Below are positions 58,927-64,000 of a stretch of 64,000 bases of DNA, one piece after another. A program made the translations under genes and the position numbers. The notes beneath the pieces were generated by a model. It worked only from the letters and a program-made list of their open reading frames with translations, was not told the origin of the DNA and made no database searches. The stretch is from Danxiaibacter flavus (GTDB lineage: Bacteria > Bacteroidota > Bacteroidia > Chitinophagales > Chitinophagaceae): the NCBI RefSeq assembly GCF_041060425.1, contig NZ_JAULBC010000004.1, forward strand, positions 389,649 to 453,648, given 5' to 3'. Each line of letters opens with the position of its first letter. Position 1 is the first letter of the stretch.

Positions 58927-59694
58927 ATGCAGTACACACTAAAAAAATCACTTGGACAGCACTTTTTGAGAGATGAGAACATTTGCCGTAAGATTGTTGC
59001 TGCGCTGGAGAAGAGTTTAGAAGATACTGCAATTACGCAATTATTGGAAGTTGGCCCCGGTGGAGGTGCGCTTACCAAACACCTTATTCAGCTTGCTAAT
59101 ATTGACTTCAAAGCGGTTGAGCTGGATGACGAGAAAGTAACTTACCTGGAACACACTTACCCCGGATTAAAAGATAAGATCATCCATAAAAGCTTCCTGG
59201 ATATTGATGCCCCTTTTGACAACAATTTTATAGTCGTAGGCAACTTTCCTTATAACATTTCTTCACAAATACTTTTTAAAGTTCTTGATTGGAAAGATCA
59301 GGTGCCTGTGTGTATCGGTATGTTCCAGAAAGAAGTAGCCCAGCGTGTTGCTGCTAAACCCAACAGCAAGGTGTACGGCATTATTAGTGTGTTAATACAA
59401 GCGTTTTATGATGTGGAATACCTGTTTGATGTGCCGCAGGGCTGCTTTAATCCTCCACCCAAAGTAATGAGCGGCGTTATAAGACTTGTAAGAAAAACGA
59501 ATGCTTACGAAATGAGGTCTGTAAAAGATTTTTTCACAGTAGTAAAAACCTCTTTTAACCAACGCAGAAAAACGTTGCGAAATGCATCCCGCAGCCTGTT
59601 CTCAGAAGATGTATTAAAAGATGAAATCTTTAATAAACGCGCCGAACAACTTTCAATAGACGATTTTGCCGCACTAACGTTTAGAATGAAATAA
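58927..59694 (+). CDS. rsmA: 16S rRNA (adenine1518/1519-N6)-dimethyltransferase
   Basis: MQYTLKKSLGQHFL...EVGPGGGALT...VVGNFPYNISS: KsgA motifs. The upstream 90 codons in the ORF track are repeat DNA. Confidence 0.85.
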   Translation: MQYTLKKSLGQHFLRDENICRKIVAALEKSLEDTAITQLLEVGPGGGALTKHLIQLANIDFKAVELDDEKVTYLEHTYPGLKDKIIHKSFLDIDAPFDNNFIVVGNFPYNISSQILFKVLDWKDQVPVCIGMFQKEVAQRVAAKPNSKVYGIISVLIQAFYDVEYLFDVPQGCFNPPPKVMSGVIRLVRKTNAYEMRSVKDFFTVVKTSFNQRRKTLRNASRSLFSEDVLKDEIFNKRAEQLSIDDFAALTFRMK

Positions 59695-59839
59695 AAGAAA
59701 GCTTAAAGCGCAAAGCTTAAAGCTCAAAACCATTTCCTGAGCGAATATTGTCTCCTGAAAGATGGGAATTCTCCGTGTCTCAGCTATTGTCAATTGTCAA
59801 CTGTCAATTTTCAATTAAATAAATTTTAGTGTTTCGCCC

Positions 59840-60829
59840 GTGGCGCCATGTCTCTGTGGTTCAAAAATTGTTACTTTGCTGCTCAAAAAAATTTCAGCAG
59901 TGCAACCGAAAGTTTTAATTACCGCCAAAACACACGAGTATTTAAGGACAAGATTAGAGAGCAGTGGTTACGAGATCATTTATCTTCCGGCTATTACTTA
60001 CGATGAGCTGAAGAATGGCGCGCTTGCTGAAGTGTCTGGTTTGATCGTTACTACCAGGTTAAAAATTGACAAAGACATTCTCGATAGCGCTCCCATGCTG
60101 AAATGGATCGGCAGACTCGGCAGCGGAATGGAACTGATCGACGTTCCTTATGCAGAGAGCAAAGGCATACTTTGTGTAAGCAGTCCTGAAGGGAACCGTA
60201 ATGCTGTTGCTGAACATTCAATGGGTTTCATTCTAAACATGATGAACAAGATCGGCAGCAGCTTCAATGAAGTAAAAGAAGGCAAATGGATCCGCGACGC
60301 GAACAGAGGAACCGAACTATTCGGCAAAACTGTCGGCATCATAGGCTTTGGTAATACCGGCGGCGCTCTTGCAAAATTGCTTGGCTCTTTTGGAGTAACT
60401 GTGCTTGCTCACGATAAATATAAATTTGATTTCGCCAAAGATCATGTGCACGAAGCCAATGTGGAGCAGATAGCCAGGTATGCAGATGTGATCAGCCTAA
60501 ATCTCCCCTTAACGGACGAAACCTTTCACTACGCAAATGATGCATTTTTCAATAGCCTTGAAAAAAAGCCTTATTTCATTACCGCTTGCCGTGGTAAGGT
60601 AACAGATGCTTCGGCGATTATCCGTGCATTAGATAATGGGAAAATTGCAGGCGCCGCACTGGATGTTTTAGAAAACGAAAAGCTGGAAACTTACACAGAA
60701 GAACAAAAATTACAGCTGGAAAATCTTTGCAATCGCCCCAATGTTATTATAACTCCGCATATTGCAGGTTACAGTCATGAAGCATATTATTTGATGGCGA
60801 AAATTGTGTTGGATAAGATAGGGATATAG
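59840..60829 (+). CDS. D-isomer-specific 2-hydroxyacid dehydrogenase family protein (start uncertain; possibly GTG at 59900)
   Basis: NAD-binding GXGXXG ([16 protein letters not shown]) and catalytic R/E/H context (TPHIAGYS). Confidence 0.7.
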   Translation: MAPCLCGSKIVTLLLKKISAVQPKVLITAKTHEYLRTRLESSGYEIIYLPAITYDELKNGALAEVSGLIVTTRLKIDKDILDSAPMLKWIGRLGSGMELIDVPYAESKGILCVSSPEGNRNAVAEHSMGFILNMMNKIGSSFNEVKEGKWIRDANRGTELFGKTVGIIGFGNTGGALAKLLGSFGVTVLAHDKYKFDFAKDHVHEANVEQIARYADVISLNLPLTDETFHYANDAFFNSLEKKPYFITACRGKVTDASAIIRALDNGKIAGAALDVLENEKLETYTEEQKLQLENLCNRPNVIITPHIAGYSHEAYYLMAKIVLDKIGI

Positions 60830-60949
60830 CTGTCAGCTTTGAGCTATCAGCTTTCAGCAACCGATGCGAATGCAAGATATTTTGTTTTATTGGCGAGGAC
60901 CTGAGAGGTAAGTAACCCCTCGGCATTAGTTATAGATAAAATTATCTCA

Positions 60950-61075
60950 CCATTTTCTTTCACCCGGTTTTAAGCTTTAGGCTTTTAGCTTTAAGCCTGG
61001 ATACATCTTTACCATGCCGCATCATCTCCAGCCAGGTTTTAAGCTTTGGGCTTTAGGCTTTCAGCTTTTACCTCC
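60950..61075. repeat. AGCTTTAGGCTTT word-repeat array
   Basis: ttttaagctttaggcttttagctttaagcc...gttttaagctttgggctttaggctttcagctttt. The same family occurs at 4017-4050, 4876-5043 and 59700-59740. Confidence 0.6.
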
Positions 61076-61592
61076 CCTCTATCGTTGCCAGGAAAGTAAG
61101 ATCATGGTTACGGTAAAATGAACCGGAGGCATTTTCTGAAGAACCCGTCCATTCCTCGCCGTCCGGGTAAGGGTCTTTTTCCGTCCAGCTGCCTTCCCCA
61201 ATGGCAATCATTCCGCCGTTATTACAACTAATTTTAAAGCCATACTGCCTGTGAGCATCCAACACAATTCCATCCATATTAAACTCGAGCCATTGGCCAT
61301 CAGTTGAGTGATCTACTTTCACATGTTTTTCGAGCAACGGCTTCTGCCACACGTGATTTCTTTCATCAAACTCAAACAGCGTAATGCTTGCATCAGTATG
61401 TGCAGTCACCATTTCGGAAAACAATTTGATCGCCCGTAAACGCCCCGGCTGTTTAATATTGAACGTTTGTCCGGCTGAATAATGAATGCCGTTTGAACAA
61501 TGGCCAACCCAATAAAAATGACCATTTATTTCATTGCCAACATCATAATGATGTAAGGAAGTTGTGGAAGAAACGTTTTTTTTCATCGCCAT
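61068..61592 (-). CDS. hypothetical protein
   Basis: 174-aa ORF with no recognisable motifs. Confidence 0.4.
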   Translation of the reverse strand: MAMKKNVSSTTSLHHYDVGNEINGHFYWVGHCSNGIHYSAGQTFNIKQPGRLRAIKLFSEMVTAHTDASITLFEFDERNHVWQKPLLEKHVKVDHSTDGQWLEFNMDGIVLDAHRQYGFKISCNNGGMIAIGEGSWTEKDPYPDGEEWTGSSENASGSFYRNHDLTFLATIEGR

Positions 61593-61878
61593 TCTATTTA
61601 AGGTTCCTATCGGGGGAATGAGTTGAGAGAATGCAGCGAGTATTTAAATTTCCTGAAGTCTACCAGTCGTTTTAATAACTAATTAATATCCGGCCCCATA
61701 TTATCACAAACGGAAAAAAAACAGGTTTAGTATGCCGTTTTTTGTTAAAATTCTCTGATAGAATAGCGGGTAAGAATTTGTTTGTTTTGAAAAAGGTTTT
61801 TTAAATTTGTATTTACTGCAACGCTACGCATTGGATGTGGCGTTGTATTTTTTTTACCCCCTTCAAAACCAGAAGACT

Positions 61879-62352
61879 ATGAGTGATGTAATGTACGTGT
61901 CTAAAGAAGCATTTGAAAAAATGAGGGAAGAGCTTCATCATATGAAAACCGTGGAGCGTCCTGCCGCATCAAGAGCCATTGCTGAAGCGAGGGAAAAGGG
62001 TGATCTGCGTGAAAACGCCGAATATGATGCTGCCAAAGAGGCTCAGGGAATATTGGAAGCTAAAATGGCGCTGTTGGAATCGCAGATTGCAAGCTCCAGG
62101 ATTGTTGAAGCAAGTGAAATTGATACCAGCAAAGTTTCAATATTAACGAAGGTCACAATAACGAATGTTGCCACTAAAAAGACTTTTACCTATCAGATTG
62201 TCGGTGAAAAAGAAGCTGATCTGAAAAGCGGGAAAGTTTCGGTTTCATCTCCTATTGGCCAGGGCTTGCTTGGCAAAACCATCGGCGACATTGCGGAGGT
62301 TAAAGCGCCCACCGGTGTATTGAAATTTAAGGTGGACAATATAACGATCTAA
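61879..62352 (+). CDS. greA: transcription elongation factor GreA
   Basis: MSDVMYVSKEAFEKMREEL...GDLRENAEYDAAKE...SPIGQGLLGK. Confidence 0.9.
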   Translation: MSDVMYVSKEAFEKMREELHHMKTVERPAASRAIAEAREKGDLRENAEYDAAKEAQGILEAKMALLESQIASSRIVEASEIDTSKVSILTKVTITNVATKKTFTYQIVGEKEADLKSGKVSVSSPIGQGLLGKTIGDIAEVKAPTGVLKFKVDNITI

Positions 62353-62373
62353 GGCCTTATCATGATATTTGAA

Positions 62374-62404
62374 AGAGGCGCAGCAATTACTGCGCCTCTT
62401 TTAT
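62374..62404 (+). terminator. rho-independent terminator after greA
   Basis: agaggcgcagcaattactgcgcctct followed by T4. Same GAGGCGC stem as the 23446-23624 palindromes. Confidence 0.7.
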
Positions 62405-62519
62405 GTCTGAAGAAGACGTGCGACAATGCCGAAGCGTTAAGGGCTGCAAATACTAAAACCTGCCGCATATAACGTACAACTTAAAAATATTGCTTACAAT
62501 TGCCGTATAAAACAACTGT

Positions 62520-62915
62520 ATGACAATCTTCTCAAAAATTATAGCAGGCGAAATCCCTTCTTATAAAGTTGCAGAGAACGATCAATTCATCGCGTTTCTG
62601 GATATTTTTCCGCTTGTTCGCGGTCATGTTTTGGTGGTTCCGAAAATTGAAGTGGACAATTTCTTTGATCTGCCGCAGGAGTACATCAGCCAGTTGTTCA
62701 TATTTGCACAACCAATTGCCAAAGCCATCGAAAAATCTTTTCATTGTAACCGTTGCGGCGTCGAAGTAATTGGCCTTGATGTGCCTCATGCACATGTGCA
62801 CCTGATTCCTATTAATTCTGCCGATGATCTCAACTTCACCCGTCATAAATTAAAGCTCAGTCCGGATGAGTTTAAAGATGTGCAACAAAAAATACTGACT
62901 GCACTAAACAATTAA
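62520..62915 (+). CDS. HIT-family (histidine triad) hydrolase
   Basis: HVHLIP histidine triad motif. 131 aa. Confidence 0.85.
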   Translation: MTIFSKIIAGEIPSYKVAENDQFIAFLDIFPLVRGHVLVVPKIEVDNFFDLPQEYISQLFIFAQPIAKAIEKSFHCNRCGVEVIGLDVPHAHVHLIPINSADDLNFTRHKLKLSPDEFKDVQQKILTALNN

Positions 62916-62997
62916 CCGGTTGATGGGGTTGTAAGTTAATGGACTTTAACATTGCGTTTAAAGCACCGTTTGCTAGTTTTAACAATCAACCATCAGC

Positions 62998-63537
62998 ATG
63001 ATCAAAATTCTGGTACTGGCTACAATCCTGTTTTCGGCATTCCACGTTCAGGCACAAGAAGATTATGTAGTATTAAGGAAAGGAAACAAAACAATACAGC
63101 GTTTTACAAGCGGATCGTATATAGACTGCAGGTTAGATAACTATCAATGGATGTCGGGCTATATAACAGCCATAAGACACGATTCATTATTTATCCGCCA
63201 GTTCCAGGTAAGAACTATAGGGAGCATATCAGACACTAGCACATTCGGAATTTTTCCCATCCATATTAATGATATTAAGGCCTTTCCCAAACAACCCGAA
63301 TCTTTTGAATTTATCAAGAATGGCACCTTGTTTATGATTGGCGGAGGTGGTTATGCCGTGTTGAACATCGCGAACGGACTTATCAATAATGAAGAAGTGT
63401 TCAGCGGTGATAATCTTACCAAGCTGGGCATCGCGTTAGGTGTTGCCGGAATCGGGGTAATAATGAATGTAACACACTCCGACGTAATCAAGGTTGGAAA
63501 GAAATACAGGCTGCAGTATGTGAAGCTGAATCCGTAG
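62998..63537 (+). CDS. hypothetical secreted protein
   Basis: Signal peptide MIKILVLATILFSAFHVQAQ. C-terminal Gly-rich hydrophobic segment. Confidence 0.5.
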   Translation: MIKILVLATILFSAFHVQAQEDYVVLRKGNKTIQRFTSGSYIDCRLDNYQWMSGYITAIRHDSLFIRQFQVRTIGSISDTSTFGIFPIHINDIKAFPKQPESFEFIKNGTLFMIGGGGYAVLNIANGLINNEEVFSGDNLTKLGIALGVAGIGVIMNVTHSDVIKVGKKYRLQYVKLNP

Positions 63538-63580
63538 AGCTGTCAGCTAACTGCTCAGTTTGCAGCTCTTCGCAAATTGA

Positions 63581-64000
63581 TGAACCTGTTTCAACTGAGT
63601 GCTTCGTACTTCGTACTTTCTCCTTCATCAACATCGTACACCTAACATCCTACATCTAATCATCGTTACATTTAAATGAACCTGTTTCACTTATGTACTT
63701 CGTACTTCGTAACTCATACTTTCTCCATCTTCCACATCGTACACCGTACATCTTACATCTATTACCGCACATTTAAATGAACCTGTTTCACCTACGTACT
63801 TCGTACTTCGTAATTCGTACTTTCTCCTTCTTTCACATTGTACATCGTACCCTTAACATCCTACATCTATCGTCATACATTTAAATGAACCTGTTTCACC
63901 CACGTACTTCGTACTTCGTAATTCGTACTTTCTCCTTCTTTCACATTGTACATCGTACCCTTAACATCCTACATCTATCGTCATACATTTAAATGAACCT
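63581..64000. repeat. minisatellite: tandem units of about 96-108 bp starting TGAACCTGTTTCAC, at least 4.1 copies, continues past window end
   Basis: Unit starts at 63581, 63677, 63778, 63886 and 63994. Units 3 and 4 differ by a single nucleotide, units 1 and 2 are more diverged. Internal GTACTTCGTA and CATCGTAC words. No ORF. Confidence 0.85.

Noticed and set aside
63581-64000. CRISPR array hypothesis for the tandem repeats at the window end
   Set aside because: The unit is about 100-108 bp with no alternation of conserved repeat and unique spacer. Units are homologous along their whole length. It is a minisatellite.

Overview
This 64-kb window is a Bacteroidota-type chromosomal segment (most likely Chitinophagaceae/Sphingobacteriia-like). 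Overall GC is about 41%, genes lack Shine-Dalgarno sites, and several lipoproteins carry signal peptides with a lipobox cysteine.

Gene content from left to right, all as read directly from the sequence without database searches:
- A truncated AsmA-family gene, a LOG-family protein, exonuclease III, and two tandem HU genes.
- An unusual membrane-anchored protein combining an SH3b domain with a PD-(D/E)xK nuclease-like domain.
- A 39-aa ribosomal protein bTHX gene that is too short for the ORF track.
- A complete minus-strand methylmalonyl-CoA pathway operon: epimerase, a Na+-pumping methylmalonyl-CoA decarboxylase (MmdA, OadG-like subunit, biotin carrier, MmdB), a CoA-transferase, and mutase small and large subunits. 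An NhaD antiporter and MeaB sit alongside it.
- pdxH.
- A mannose/N-glycan utilisation locus: two GH92 genes, a GH38 gene, a SusC/SusD pair with SusC apparently frameshifted, a beta-propeller lipoprotein, a fusion of a ROK kinase with a phosphomannose isomerase, an MFS permease and a GntR regulator.
- pyrH, tsf, rpsB, rpsI and rplM.
- A nine-gene tRNA array (Glu, Gln, His, an unusual UAU-anticodon tRNA, Lys, Asn, Tyr, Ser, Phe).
- A small tRNA-adjacent islet: YkuK-like protein, tRNA-derived fragments, an SPFH protein and a YhcG-type PDDEXK nuclease.
- A PadR and PspC-domain gene pair, rsmA, a 2-hydroxyacid dehydrogenase, greA, a HIT protein and hypothetical proteins.

No single clear-cut novel multi-gene system could be established. 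The main candidates for a second look are the tRNA-flanked SPFH plus PDDEXK islet with its pseudo-tRNA scars, the SH3b-TM-nuclease protein, and the ROK-PMI fusion. Others are a predicted GntR operator shared by the sugar-utilisation transcription units, a 615-bp structured palindromic spacer splitting mutA from mutB, and a duplicated GH92 3' end downstream of the GH38 gene. The last is an unusual abundance of dispersed and tandem short word-repeat families filling intergenic regions, including a minisatellite of about 100-108 bp that runs off the window end.
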